DNA of 52,110 nt, from the IMG/VR virus record IMGVR_UViG_3300047409_000613, positions 1-52,110 of that record; one strand, written 5' to 3'. This stretch comes from a virus (lineage: Duplodnaviria > Caudoviricetes). Both the position numbers and the translations under genes were made by a program. The notes below the pieces were generated by a model, which was given only the letters and a program-made list of their open reading frames with translations, did not search any database and was not told the origin of the DNA. This document shows positions 36,529 to 47,320 of the stretch, in pieces; the stretch's first letter is position 1; each line of letters begins with the position of its first letter.

Positions 36529-36741
36529 ATGTCGACGGACCTGGCCGCGCGCGGGCAGCAGCTGCGCGCGACCGTCGCTGAACACAAGGCGGCCATCCGG
36601 CGCCACCGGGAGCAACTCGGCGCCGCGAAGGCCGCGCTCGATCGGTTCGAAGCGGAGTGCCGCCAGCGCGGCATCGCCGTCACGCAGGTTCCCATCACTG
36701 GCGCAGGAGGCATCCATGGCCATCGTCCAACCGGTCCTTGA
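36529..36741 (+). CDS. Small coiled-coil protein
   Basis: ORF between tube and chaperone genes. Confidence 0.5.
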   Translation: MSTDLAARGQQLRATVAEHKAAIRRHREQLGAAKAALDRFEAECRQRGIAVTQVPITGAGGIHGHRPTGP

Positions 36742-37401
36742 TCTCACCACCGACCTCGAGCGGCCCACGGTCAAGATTGACCAGGTCGCGTATCTCCTCC
36801 GGACGGCGCGTGACCTGACGCTCGACGCCTACAAGGCGCTCGAGCGCGCGACGCCGCGCATCGCCGCGCTGCTCCTCGCCGACGTGCTGTCGGCCGACGA
36901 GGGACAGGAGCTGAGCCACCTCCTTGATTCGGCCTGCCAGATCGCGCTGATCGCGCCCGAGGCCGTCCACGCGAAGCTCGGGGACGTGCAGCGGATGCAG
37001 ATCTTCCAAGTTTTTACGGAGCGCTTGACGCCGAAACTTCGGATGGCGGCAAGCGCGCGCCCGACGACGGCCGGCCGTGCGGCTGGGACGAAGCCCTCCC
37101 GCGGCTCCAACGGTTCTACGGCGGCACCGCCGCGAGTTGGCTCACGGAGACGCCGCTCGGCGTCCTCCGCGCGTACCTGACCATGTTGCCCCGCCTCCAG
37201 GCCGAGGAATCGTTCTTGACCGCCGAGCGCACGGTGATCGGGAGCGGCACGCTCGAGCCGTCCGTGGCGCGCGCGACGACCCGGCGCTGGTCGCAGGCGA
37301 CCGGGCGTGCGGTCGCGCGGGCGGCGCAAGCTTCGCCCGCCGCGCTCGGCGCGATCGGGATCGGGGTGCGACACGTGCCCAGGAAGCCCGCCACCGCATG
37401 A
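36716..37401 (+). CDS. Tail assembly chaperone G/GT with probable -1 frameshift at about 37009-37015
   Basis: G ORF 36716-37180; the -1 frame is open from AGTTTTT to 37401. Confidence 0.75.
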
Positions 37402-40400
37402 GCGATTCCGGGCTCGGCAAAGCGGTCCTCGAGCTGTCGACCGACAGCGCGACGTTCTTCACGGATCTCGATCGGGTGAAGACGGGCGCGAAGGGGATCG
37501 AGGCCGACTTCAAGAAAGCCGGCGAGAGCGCAAAGGGCTTCGGCGCGACACTCGACGGGCTCAGCCTGAACTCGAAAAAGTGGTCGGCCGACACCAAGGA
37601 CAGCTTCAAGGCCGTCGGCCAGGCGGCCGGCCTCCTCCTCGGCGCGATCGGCGCCGTCGGCGCCGGGATCATCCTGCTCGGGCAGCGCGGGGCCGACGTC
37701 GACGACGTCTCGAGCGCCTTCAACCGGCTGAGCGCCGACGCCCCGGCGGCGCTGGCCGGCCTGCGCGCGGGCATCGGCGGGCTCCTCACCGACTACGACC
37801 TGATGAAGCCCGCGAACGCGGCGATGTCCGCCGGCTTCCAGATGAACGCCGCGGACGCGCAGACGATGGCGCGCGCGGCGTGGATCCTCGCGGACGCGCA
37901 GGGGAAGGATCTCAAGGAGAGCTACGAGACGATCGCGAACGCCATGGCCACGGGCAAGGTCCAGGCGCTCGGCGCGCTCGGCCTGAACGTGGAGCTGAAG
38001 GGCGCGTCGCTGGCGCTCAAGACCGCGCTCGGCGCCGAAGGGGAAGCGATCACCTCGAACGCGCAGAAGCAGGCCAACCGCCAAGCGGCGATGGAGGCGA
38101 TGAACCGCGTCGTGCTGGCCGCGGGCGCGCAGGAACTCGACTTCGGCGAGAAGCTGACCCGCGTCAAGGTCCAGATCGGCAACATGACCGACTCGCTCGG
38201 CGTGGCGATCGCGAGCTCGCCGGTGCTGGGCGTGGCCATGAACAGCGCGGGAGACGCGCTGCAGTCCGCCTTCGGCGCGAACCAGACCCAAACCATTCAG
38301 GCGTTGGTGAAAGCGATCGGCCAGATCGCCATCATGGCGGTGCAGACGGCGACGTTCGTCGTCGCCGCGGCGAGCGAGATGGCGTCGGCGTACTACAAGA
38401 CCCGCGCGGCCGTCGACACCCTCTTTCAGGCGTTCAACGATCGCGAGATCGCGCGCGTGCAAGCGCTCGTCACGACCTACGAGGCGATCGCGGCCACGTC
38501 CACGACCGCGACGTCGACCTCGAAGCTGCGCCTCCAGGAGCTCCAGATCGAGCTCGCGCGGCTGAAGGGCGTGTCGAAGGGGTTCGACAGCGACGCGAAC
38601 GACTCGCTCGCCACCCAGGCCAAGCTGGCGGCCGCCAACGAGAAGGCGCAGAAGTTCCTCGACGACATGATCCGGTCGATGCAGCTCGCGCAGGCGCAGG
38701 GCGTGTCGGCCACCGCCATCGCGAAAGGCCTGGCGCAGGCCCACGTCGAGCTCGCCGGCGGCGTCCACGTGGCGACCGCCGAAGAAAAAGAGCAGGCGAA
38801 GGCGATCGCGGAGATCCTCGCGGCCGCGATCCCGCTGACGGCCGCGCAGATGGCCACCGCCGTCGCGAACGAGAAGCTCGGGATCTCGGCCGAGACGACG
38901 GCGAAGGCGCTCGGCATCAGCGCGGCCGCGGTCACGACGTACCTGAACTCGGTGGCCGGCATCAAGGAGATCGCCGCGATCTGGGACAAGGCGCACGTCG
39001 ACATGCTCGACGACAGCAAGAAATTCATCAACAAGGCGCTGGCCGACAGCACCGCCGCGCGGCAGAAGGAGGCGGACGCGTCCGGGAAGGCGCTGGCCGA
39101 GCAGCTCGCCACGCGCGCCGAGTACGAGGAGAAGAACTACCAGCTGACACTCACCGGGACCGATCTGATTGTGCGGCAGGCCGAGGTGGAGCGGCAGGCC
39201 CGGCTCGACGCCATCCCGACCAATCTGACCGGGCCGCTCTACGATCAGGCCGCGGCGCAAATCAACAAGTACTACGACAGCGTGGTCGCCGGCGCTGAGC
39301 GCGCGCGGCACGCGATGGACGTCTCGCAGGTCCTCGGCGCCGTCGTGCAGGCCTTCGCGACCCTCGGCCAGTCGGCGCACGGGGCGCTCGGGCAGATCCT
39401 CACCGACGTCGCCGGCATTGGGTCGACGCTCCAGTCGGCGATGAAGATCACGACGAAGGCCGGCGGCGCCGGCACGGGCGGGATCCTCACGCCGTTCTTC
39501 GATAAAGATGCGTCGTCCGCCGACAAATGGGGGGCGGCGATCCAGGCCGGCGTGACGGTGGCGCAAGGCGCGATGGAAGTCTGGAGCGCCACCGCGAACG
39601 ACGGGACGAAGTCCGCGGCCGCGCTCCATGGCGCGATGGCCGGCGCGAAAGCGGGCGCGGCATTCGGGCCCTATGGCATGGCGGTGGGTGCGGTCGCGGG
39701 CGCCGTCCTGGGCATGGTCCACGCGATGACGATCGGCCGGCGCACGGTCGAGGACTTCGCGAAATCGTTCGACACGAAGGCGCTCGGCGACGGCTTCGAC
39801 GAATTGCACGCGAAGATGGCGGCGACGCTCGGCGACGCGGTGAGTGAGAAGTTCTGGATCCAACTCACCCAGGGGGTGAAGAAGGGCGACAAGGCCGGGG
39901 CCGAAGCGGTCATCGCCGCGATCCAGAACGCGCTGGCCGCGGCGCCGTCGACGTTGGCGGCCGCCGCCGGGTACCAGACGACCGTGCAGCTGCAGGCCGT
40001 CGCCGACAAGGCGAAGCAGGTGTACGACTTCATGCTGGCATCCGGGCAGTACTCCGCCTCCGAGCTCGCGAAGGCCTTCCAGGCGTCGGCGGACGCGACA
40101 AAGGCGGTCCTCGGCGACACCGCGACGGCGCAGCAGGATGCGCTCGACGCGATCGATGCGAAGTACAAAGACTCGCTCGACCAGCTCGATAGCGAATTCA
40201 AGACCCTCTCGGACTCGGTCGGTGCCGAGGCCGAAGAGGCCGAGATGGGCGTGATCGAAACGCGCGACCGCGCGCGCATGGCCCAGATCGAAAAAGAGAA
40301 GACGGCGCTCGAGGACAAGAAGGCCGCGGAGATCGCCAACGCCACCGACACCGCCGCGGCCGTCCTGGCGGCGGCCGCCGACGCGGCGAAGGCCGCCGCC

Positions 40401-40730
40401 GAGGCCGCGGACGCCGCGTTCCGCGCCAAGTTCGAGCCGGGCTACAAGATCCCGATCACCTTCACGTATCCCGACGGGTCGCCGGGTGGGTTCACGCTGC
40501 CCCCGAGTAAGCCGATGGCGAGCGGCGGCTTTGGCCGCGTCACGACGCCGACGCTCTTCTATTCCGCCGGCGATGAAGACTACGCGTTCAGCGGCGAGGG
40601 GAGCCGCTTCGGGCAGATGGCATCGCGACAGCCGACGGTGATCGAGAACCGGATCATCCTGGACGGCCGCGAGCTCGCCAGGAACCAGGTGAAGCACATC
40701 CCGAGCGTCCTCGCCGGAGCGGGGCTCTAA
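37398..40730 (+). CDS. Tape measure protein
   Basis: 1110 aa, Ala-rich and helical; follows the chaperones. Confidence 0.92.
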   Translation: MSDSGLGKAVLELSTDSATFFTDLDRVKTGAKGIEADFKKAGESAKGFGATLDGLSLNSKKWSADTKDSFKAVGQAAGLLLGAIGAVGAGIILLGQRGADVDDVSSAFNRLSADAPAALAGLRAGIGGLLTDYDLMKPANAAMSAGFQMNAADAQTMARAAWILADAQGKDLKESYETIANAMATGKVQALGALGLNVELKGASLALKTALGAEGEAITSNAQKQANRQAAMEAMNRVVLAAGAQELDFGEKLTRVKVQIGNMTDSLGVAIASSPVLGVAMNSAGDALQSAFGANQTQTIQALVKAIGQIAIMAVQTATFVVAAASEMASAYYKTRAAVDTLFQAFNDREIARVQALVTTYEAIAATSTTATSTSKLRLQELQIELARLKGVSKGFDSDANDSLATQAKLAAANEKAQKFLDDMIRSMQLAQAQGVSATAIAKGLAQAHVELAGGVHVATAEEKEQAKAIAEILAAAIPLTAAQMATAVANEKLGISAETTAKALGISAAAVTTYLNSVAGIKEIAAIWDKAHVDMLDDSKKFINKALADSTAARQKEADASGKALAEQLATRAEYEEKNYQLTLTGTDLIVRQAEVERQARLDAIPTNLTGPLYDQAAAQINKYYDSVVAGAERARHAMDVSQVLGAVVQAFATLGQSAHGALGQILTDVAGIGSTLQSAMKITTKAGGAGTGGILTPFFDKDASSADKWGAAIQAGVTVAQGAMEVWSATANDGTKSAAALHGAMAGAKAGAAFGPYGMAVGAVAGAVLGMVHAMTIGRRTVEDFAKSFDTKALGDGFDELHAKMAATLGDAVSEKFWIQLTQGVKKGDKAGAEAVIAAIQNALAAAPSTLAAAAGYQTTVQLQAVADKAKQVYDFMLASGQYSASELAKAFQASADATKAVLGDTATAQQDALDAIDAKYKDSLDQLDSEFKTLSDSVGAEAEEAEMGVIETRDRARMAQIEKEKTALEDKKAAEIANATDTAAAVLAAAADAAKAAAEAADAAFRAKFEPGYKIPITFTYPDGSPGGFTLPPSKPMASGGFGRVTTPTLFYSAGDEDYAFSGEGSRFGQMASRQPTVIENRIILDGRELARNQVKHIPSVLAGAGL

Positions 40731-42347
40731 ATGGGCTGGAAGCTGACGGTCGCCGGCGTGGACCATACCGACGACGTCGACGCGGCCCAGATTACCCGGG
40801 CGCTCAACGCACGCGCGCAGCTGCACTTCGCGACCGGGCCCGGGTACGTGCCGGCCCGCTTCGCGGAGGTCGTCGCCTACGACCAGGACGGCGTCACGCC
40901 GCTGTTCGGCGGACTCATCACCCGGCGCGGCGGGGCGCCGTTCGGCGACGCGTCGGCGGCGGCGTGCGTCACCGCGGTCGAGTGCGGGGACTTCTTCACC
41001 TACTTCGATTGGGCGTACCTCACGCTCACCTACCCCACGACCCACGTGACGCTCAAGGCCGCGCTGGAGGATCTCGTGGCCCTGTTGCCGGCGGCCTACG
41101 GCATCACGCTCGACCCCGCCCAGGTGGCCGGACCGGCCCTGGCCACGTTCACGTGGGTCCGCAAACGCGCCTCGGATGCGGTGCGCGAACTGAGCGATCG
41201 CACCGGCTACGTCGCGGTCCTCTCGCCGGGCAAGGTGTTGCGGATGTTCGTGCCGGGGTCGGTCGCCGCACCGTTTGCGATCACGGACGGCGATCCGCAC
41301 TGCACCTCGCTGGCGTGGGCGGACAGTGATCAGATTCCGGCGAACTCGGTCACGTGTATCTGCGGCCCGAGCGGCGCCGTCGAGCGGTCGCAGCGGTGGA
41401 TCCAGGCCGGTGGCGCGACGTCGTGGACGACGGACATTCCCGCGGCCGCGGGGACGTTCACCGGGCTGGCCGTCGTCGGGGGGCTGTTCTGCACCGTGGG
41501 CCCCGGCGCCATGTTCACGTGGGACGCCGCGACGTCGACGTTGCACCTCGGCACGTTCGCGCTGCCGGCCAACGGGACGATCATCGACCTCGTCTACACC
41601 GCGCAGTTCCCCTTCATTGTGACGGCGACGAGCGGCACGACGCCGGTCATCGAGGTCCAAGAGGAGTATCCCGACGTCGTCGACGTCGCGCAGGCGCAGG
41701 AGATTGCCGACGGGCGGCTCGCGCAGTTGAATCAGCAGCCGCGCCAGGTCGACGTCGTGTCGATCGAGCCGGGCTGGGCGCCCGGGCAGGCGCTGACGAT
41801 CGCGCGCACCGATCGCCTGACCGCGGACTGCCTCATCACGAACGACACGATCACGCTCAACACCGCGCTCGAGTGGGTCTACGCGTTCACGGCGATCGAG
41901 AACGACACCTACCAAGGCTCGTACCTGGATCAGTGGCGCGCGATGACGGGCGGCGGCTCGAGCGGCGTGTCGTCGGTGAGCGGCGTCGGGGGCGGCGGGA
42001 CGACGGTCGTCCTCGCGGCGCCGGTCTATTTGGGCGGCAGCTACAGCACGCTCGTCACGAACCCGGTCGCGAAAAAGCTGATCCAGAACGCCGTGCCCTA
42101 CGTCGCGCCGGCGAGTTTCACCGGACGCCTGCGGGTGAATCTCCGCGCGCGCGACGCCGGCGTCGGCATGAAGGCGATCATCAGCGACGGGACGACGGAC
42201 GTGGCCACGAGTGTCGTCACGAATCAGGCGTTCGTCGACGAAGGCGTCATCGTGGCCATCGTCGCCGGGCACACCTATTGGGTCTACATCCAGAACACGG
42301 TCGCGGGCGACGGCGCCGTGGGCTACGCCACGTTGGAAGCCGCCTGA
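40731..42347 (+). CDS. Tail tip/hub protein
   Basis: Follows TMP; LFGGLI pattern; beta-rich. Confidence 0.7.
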   Translation: MGWKLTVAGVDHTDDVDAAQITRALNARAQLHFATGPGYVPARFAEVVAYDQDGVTPLFGGLITRRGGAPFGDASAAACVTAVECGDFFTYFDWAYLTLTYPTTHVTLKAALEDLVALLPAAYGITLDPAQVAGPALATFTWVRKRASDAVRELSDRTGYVAVLSPGKVLRMFVPGSVAAPFAITDGDPHCTSLAWADSDQIPANSVTCICGPSGAVERSQRWIQAGGATSWTTDIPAAAGTFTGLAVVGGLFCTVGPGAMFTWDAATSTLHLGTFALPANGTIIDLVYTAQFPFIVTATSGTTPVIEVQEEYPDVVDVAQAQEIADGRLAQLNQQPRQVDVVSIEPGWAPGQALTIARTDRLTADCLITNDTITLNTALEWVYAFTAIENDTYQGSYLDQWRAMTGGGSSGVSSVSGVGGGGTTVVLAAPVYLGGSYSTLVTNPVAKKLIQNAVPYVAPASFTGRLRVNLRARDAGVGMKAIISDGTTDVATSVVTNQAFVDEGVIVAIVAGHTYWVYIQNTVAGDGAVGYATLEAA

Positions 42348-42358
42348 AAGAACACCCT

Positions 42359-45286
42359 ATGAAACAGATCCTCGCGACCGTCGCCCTCGTCCTTGCCCTC
42401 GCGTCCGCCGCCGCCGCGCAGGGCAGCGTCGACGCCGAGGCCCTCTACCTCGGCCCCTACGGCGGCACGATCTGCCCGGTCTCCACCGGCAGCGGCGCGC
42501 CGACCGGCGCCTCGACGTGCAGTCACTACATCGACACCTCCACCGGGGATCTGTACGGCAAGCAGGCGGGCACGTGGAAGAAGATCAACACCTACGGCAC
42601 CGTGACGAGCGTCGCGATCACGGGCCCCACGGGGATCACCTGGACGAGCTCGCCGGTCACGACCAGCGGCACGCTGACCGGCGCGATCGCGTCGGGGTAC
42701 TTCCTCCCGAACGCCGGCACGAGCGGGCAGATCCTGCGGTCGGCCGGCGCGAGCGCGCCCGGCTGGAGCACGGCGACGTTCGCGAGTACGTACACGCAGG
42801 GGGACCTGCTCTACGCGAACACGGCGGACGGCATCGTCGGGTTGCCGGCCAGCAGCACACCGGGGACGTTCCTCCGATCCGCGCCGCCGCTACCGCAGTG
42901 GTCCACGCTGGTGCTCCCCAACGCGGCGACCGCGAATCAAGTCGTGCGCGCCACGAGCGCGAACACCTGGGGTGGGGACACGGGCCTGACCTACAACGGC
43001 ACGACGCTCCAGGTGACGGGCAACATCGGCGTGGGGACGGGGAGCGCGAACTACACGCTGGTGCTGTCGAAGGCGTCCGTGCCCGGTATCCAATGGCTCG
43101 ACTCAGCGACGGGGACTGGGACGTCGAGCGGGTTCACGATCGCGTTGTCGACGGGTGACGTCTTCCTCAACCAGCGGGAAAACAAGTCGCTGTTTTTCTA
43201 CGACAACGGCGCGGAGGCGTTCGCGATCACGCCCTCGCGCGACCTCGGGCCGAGTACCTACGCCAGTCAGACGACCGACTGGCGCATGACGCGGAACGGG
43301 TCGCTCGACGTGCGCTACCTCTACACCGACGAACTGCGGGCCAAGTTGTTCACGGCCGACCTGGAGAGCGTGCTGGCCGGCAGTCAGCGGGTGACGAAGT
43401 CGTTTTCCACGGTCAGCCAGACGTTCACTTGCCCGGTGCCGACCGCGACCTCGACGCTCTGGGTGCTGGATGCGCCGACGTTTGGCGACGCCGCGATCTT
43501 CGTCTCGGGTGATGCCGTCGTCCTGCATGCGATGACCCGGACGACCTTCGGGCCGTTCACGATCGCCGATTGCGTGGGGGTCGTGACGAGCTACACCGAT
43601 GGCACGGGCGTGAACGCGGGCCAACAATCGTGGACGTTCACGCGCAACGGTGGCGGACCCAGCAACCAAGGCTCCATGACCGGCGGGACGACCATTGCCG
43701 TGAATCAATTGGTCCAGGACATGGGCGTGAGCGGCAACGGGTACGTGGAGACGACCGCGATCGATGGGGCGGCGGGAATCAACGCGCCCTACACGCAGGT
43801 CGTCACGTGGACGACGGCGCCGACTGCGGCCAACACAACCACGCGGTGCCGGCTGGGGAATCTGAACGGAATCACCAGCGTTGCGGAGTACGGGCTGCTC
43901 TGCGGCAGCTTCGGCGGGAACGCGTTCGTCCGGTTCTCGGACCAGAACGCGGAAATTCGCGGCATCCCGTTGAAGCTGTACAACGGGGGGACGAACGTGA
44001 TCTCGATTGCGCCGAACGGCACTTCACCGTATATCAGCTTGGGCAGTCCTCCCCCGGCCGCGTTCTCGGAGTTCGGCACGGTCGCGGGCATCTTCCTCCA
44101 GTACTCCTCGGCCACCAGTAAGGCGCGCATGTACCTCTGGGCGGACGCGAACAACTACTTGAAGTACGACGGGTCGGTGCTGTCATGGAAAGCCGCGAAC
44201 ACGACGCTCGATGCGAGCGGCAATCTCACGGCGGCGAGCGCCACACTCAGCGGCGCCATCACGGCGACGAGCGGATCGATCGCGGGGGCCTTCACGATCG
44301 GCACGAGTGGATCGCTCGCGTCGGGCGCGACCGCGTACGGGACGGGCACCGGGATCTGGGCGGCGTACAACGGCGGCACGCCGCAATTCCGCGCCGGGAA
44401 TCCCAGCGGGAATCGTCTGGACTGGAGCGGGTCGGTCTTGGTCGTGAAGTCGAACACCGTCAACATCGACGGCACCAACGGGATCCAGGTGGCCCCGTAT
44501 CAGGGGTTCCTCGGGGATCCGGCCGGCATCGCGCCCGTCGCGAACGGCTTCAACTTCGGGCCCTATGGGTACACGGCCACGGGGTTTGTCGGCATGCGCG
44601 GGGCTGAGTATCCGACCGGCAATCTCCACGAAGTCACCCTGACCGCTGAATCCGCCGGGTCCTCCATCGCGACCGCGGCGAACGCGTCGGTGGCCGCGAT
44701 TTCGCAAGATGCCTCGAACAACCGCCAGGTGGCGTCCATCTATCTGCAGACCACGGGGGCGACGCCGGCGTCGGCCATGATTACGCTGCGCGCCCGGAAC
44801 TACGGCTTCAGTGACGTGATCGGTGGCCTCGGTGGCGCCTCCTTTACCTTCCAAGGCCACGTCGGCATCGGGGCGATCACCACCCATCTGCTGGAAATCA
44901 CCGGGGCGGACGACGCCGTGAAGCCCACGACGGCGACCTGGACCATCGCCTCGGACGCGCGGGTGAAAACCCAGGTCCGCCCGGCCTCGGACGCGCTCGC
45001 TGTGATCCGCCAGGTGCAGATCCATGCGTTCACCTACACCGGGGAGTACGGGACCGCGGCCGGCGTCCACGGCCTCGGGCCGATCGCGCAGGAGATTGCG
45101 CCGCTGTTCCCCGGGTCGGTCTCGACGGCCCTACTGAGTCGCACCCCGGGCGCGCCCGCGGATCCGATTCTCCTGTTCAATCCGCACGAACTCTGGATGG
45201 AGACCACGCAGGCTGTGATCGAACTCGACCGAGACGTCCAGGCGCTGAAGGCGGCGCTCGCCGCGCTGAAGGCGAAACAGCAGTAA
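42359..45286 (+). CDS. Tail fibre/spike with C-terminal intramolecular chaperone (peptidase S74) and signal-peptide-like start
   Basis: Gly/Thr-rich; SDARVK...GPIAQE...terminal coiled coil. Confidence 0.85.
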   Translation: MKQILATVALVLALASAAAAQGSVDAEALYLGPYGGTICPVSTGSGAPTGASTCSHYIDTSTGDLYGKQAGTWKKINTYGTVTSVAITGPTGITWTSSPVTTSGTLTGAIASGYFLPNAGTSGQILRSAGASAPGWSTATFASTYTQGDLLYANTADGIVGLPASSTPGTFLRSAPPLPQWSTLVLPNAATANQVVRATSANTWGGDTGLTYNGTTLQVTGNIGVGTGSANYTLVLSKASVPGIQWLDSATGTGTSSGFTIALSTGDVFLNQRENKSLFFYDNGAEAFAITPSRDLGPSTYASQTTDWRMTRNGSLDVRYLYTDELRAKLFTADLESVLAGSQRVTKSFSTVSQTFTCPVPTATSTLWVLDAPTFGDAAIFVSGDAVVLHAMTRTTFGPFTIADCVGVVTSYTDGTGVNAGQQSWTFTRNGGGPSNQGSMTGGTTIAVNQLVQDMGVSGNGYVETTAIDGAAGINAPYTQVVTWTTAPTAANTTTRCRLGNLNGITSVAEYGLLCGSFGGNAFVRFSDQNAEIRGIPLKLYNGGTNVISIAPNGTSPYISLGSPPPAAFSEFGTVAGIFLQYSSATSKARMYLWADANNYLKYDGSVLSWKAANTTLDASGNLTAASATLSGAITATSGSIAGAFTIGTSGSLASGATAYGTGTGIWAAYNGGTPQFRAGNPSGNRLDWSGSVLVVKSNTVNIDGTNGIQVAPYQGFLGDPAGIAPVANGFNFGPYGYTATGFVGMRGAEYPTGNLHEVTLTAESAGSSIATAANASVAAISQDASNNRQVASIYLQTTGATPASAMITLRARNYGFSDVIGGLGGASFTFQGHVGIGAITTHLLEITGADDAVKPTTATWTIASDARVKTQVRPASDALAVIRQVQIHAFTYTGEYGTAAGVHGLGPIAQEIAPLFPGSVSTALLSRTPGAPADPILLFNPHELWMETTQAVIELDRDVQALKAALAALKAKQQ

Positions 45287-45309
45287 CCGCGCACGGGAGG
45301 AACAACGCC

Positions 45310-45507
45310 ATGGCCTCAGACAAGAACGGCAACAACCTCAACCCCGGCGACACGGTGACCGTCACGGGCACGGTCACCGACGTCGGCACGCTCGGCGGAC
45401 AGAACCCGCGCCGGATCGTGGTCGACGTGCCGGCACTCACGGACGACGCCCCCGCGCCGGCGGTAACGATCAGCCTCGACGGTCGTCAGACGGTCAAGGT
45501 GTCGTGA
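45310..45507 (+). CDS. Small beta protein
   Basis: GGAGG SD; DKNGNNLNPGDTV. Confidence 0.6.
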   Translation: MASDKNGNNLNPGDTVTVTGTVTDVGTLGGQNPRRIVVDVPALTDDAPAPAVTISLDGRQTVKVS

Positions 45508-45872
45508 GGACCAGCCTGCGCTGGGCGGTGCTCACCCTGGGCCTGGTCCTGGGCGGCGCGGTCGGGCTCGCCCAGGACGCGCCGAAACCCGCGGCCGACG
45601 CGAAGGCCGACGGCGCGAAACCGCCCGAGCTCTCAGAGCTCCAGCAGACGCAGATCACCGCCGCCGCGCTGACGAAAGAAAACTGGGCGTTGAAACTGCA
45701 GCAGGCGGGTTCGGAATACACGAAGGCCAGCGAGGCGCTCGATCGGCTCGTGGCGTCGCTGCAGAAGCCCGGGTACACGCTGCAGCAGAACCGCGAGACC
45801 GGCAAGCTCGAATACGTGAAGACCCCGGACCCGCCGAAGGGCGATCCGAAGAAAGGCGGAGGCACGCGATGA
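45504..45872 (+). CDS. Signal-peptide-bearing coiled-coil protein
   Basis: Leader ending GLA-QD; helical body. Confidence 0.6.
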   Translation: MRTSLRWAVLTLGLVLGGAVGLAQDAPKPAADAKADGAKPPELSELQQTQITAAALTKENWALKLQQAGSEYTKASEALDRLVASLQKPGYTLQQNRETGKLEYVKTPDPPKGDPKKGGGTR

Positions 45873-46144
45873 AGGGACTCAGTAACCTCTACGGCCGGCA
45901 GCCCGTCATGCTGCTCGCCCTCCTGCAGGCCGGGCTCGCGATGCTCATGGGCTTCGGCCTGCATCTCACCGGGGACCAGGTGGCGCTCGTCGTGGCCTTC
46001 TCTGCGGCGCTCCTGGGCGTGCTGACGCAAACGCAGGTGACGCCGATGGCCACGCTGCCGGACCACGTCGCGGCTGCGGTCAATGCTGCCGCGAATGCCA
46101 GCGTGCCGAAAATCACGGTGCCGGGCGAGGCGCCGAAAGGCTGA
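45869..46144 (+). CDS. Putative holin
   Basis: Two transmembrane helices followed by QVTP; lies upstream of the endolysin. Confidence 0.7.
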   Translation: MKGLSNLYGRQPVMLLALLQAGLAMLMGFGLHLTGDQVALVVAFSAALLGVLTQTQVTPMATLPDHVAAAVNAAANASVPKITVPGEAPKG

Positions 46145-46148
46145 GCGT

Positions 46149-46775
46149 ATGGGGAATGATCCCGAGTCGTTAGCGACCGCGGCGGCGCGCGGCGGTCCTC
46201 CGCCCATCGACCCCACGAAGAACGTCATCGCGCTCGTCGAGGCCAACGCCAAGGCCGCGGCGGCGCTTCGGCGCGCGGATACGAAGTTCAATGACGCCAA
46301 GGCGCGGCACCTGAAAGAGATCGGCAAGCTGCGGGCGGCGCACGCCGAGACGCTGCGCGTGAGCGACCTCGATCGCCTGGACAAGACGCGGCAGGTCGAC
46401 GTGCTCGCCGGCACCGCGTCGGCCGCGGCGCTCGCGACAGCGGTGCAAACCCTGGCGAACACCTCGGACCGCAACGCGGAGACGCTGCGCAACCTCGTCA
46501 ACGCGACCGCGGCGACGATGGCGAAGCAAACGTCCGACCAGGCGCAGCTCCTCTCGGCGCAGACCGACAACCTCGTCAAGGACATCAATTCGCGGATCGC
46601 GGAACTGCAGAAGTCCAGCTACCAGGGCGCGGGGAAGAGCGAGGGGATCAGCTCGACGACCGCGATCTTGATTGCCGTGGGCGGCCTCGCCGTCGCCGCC
46701 GTCGTGGGGTTTTTCACGATCATTGCCGGCCTGGCCGCGATCGGCGGCGTGCTCTACGCAGTGCTGAAGCCATGA
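46149..46775 (+). CDS. Coiled-coil protein with C-terminal transmembrane anchor
   Basis: Lysis-module position; long hydrophobic C-terminus. Confidence 0.6.
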   Translation: MGNDPESLATAAARGGPPPIDPTKNVIALVEANAKAAAALRRADTKFNDAKARHLKEIGKLRAAHAETLRVSDLDRLDKTRQVDVLAGTASAAALATAVQTLANTSDRNAETLRNLVNATAATMAKQTSDQAQLLSAQTDNLVKDINSRIAELQKSSYQGAGKSEGISSTTAILIAVGGLAVAAVVGFFTIIAGLAAIGGVLYAVLKP

Positions 46776-47320
46776 CCGAAGACCAACTGGTCGCCGACGT
46801 CTTCGCGCGAGAGGGCGACACGTACGGCGACACGACCACGCACCCGCCGATCGATCAGCCGACGGCTCGAGGCGGGATCACGCTGGCGGTGCTGCGGGCG
46901 TTCATTGCCGCGACGCCTTCGCCGCTCGCGGGGACGGTGACGACGCTGAAGGCGCTCACGCGCGAGCAGGCCGAGGCCATCGTGCGCTGGAACGTGCGCA
47001 CCCTCTCAGCCGAGCACAAGTTCACCTCGATCACGTTCGAACCGCTGCGGCTGCAGGTCATTGATTTCGCCTACAACTCCGGCGCGCCGTTGGCTATTCG
47101 CTGGCTGCAGCGCGTGCTGCGCGTGGATCGCACGGGCGTGATGGACGCGTCGACGTTCGCGGCACTCGAGGGCGCCGATCAGTGGTTGGTCAACCAGGCC
47201 TACGTCGCGGCGCGGCTGGAAATGATCGACCGCTGGACGGACAGCGACGCGCAGGCGAAGGCGTGGGAAGAGGGGCTGGAATCGCGCGGGCTGACCTTCT
47301 CGCTGCTGGAGGTGCCGTGA
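46772..47320 (+). CDS. Endolysin, glycoside hydrolase family 108-like
   Basis: REG...TARGGIT...DFAYNSG...AIRWLQRVL. Confidence 0.8.
   Translation: MTEDQLVADVFAREGDTYGDTTTHPPIDQPTARGGITLAVLRAFIAATPSPLAGTVTTLKALTREQAEAIVRWNVRTLSAEHKFTSITFEPLRLQVIDFAYNSGAPLAIRWLQRVLRVDRTGVMDASTFAALEGADQWLVNQAYVAARLEMIDRWTDSDAQAKAWEEGLESRGLTFSLLEVP

Noticed and set aside
37116-42272. Very long antisense and alternate-frame ORFs (1718 aa here, also 30951-33443 and others)
   Set aside because: Shadow ORFs of high-GC3 genes; Arg/Gly-rich with no motifs.
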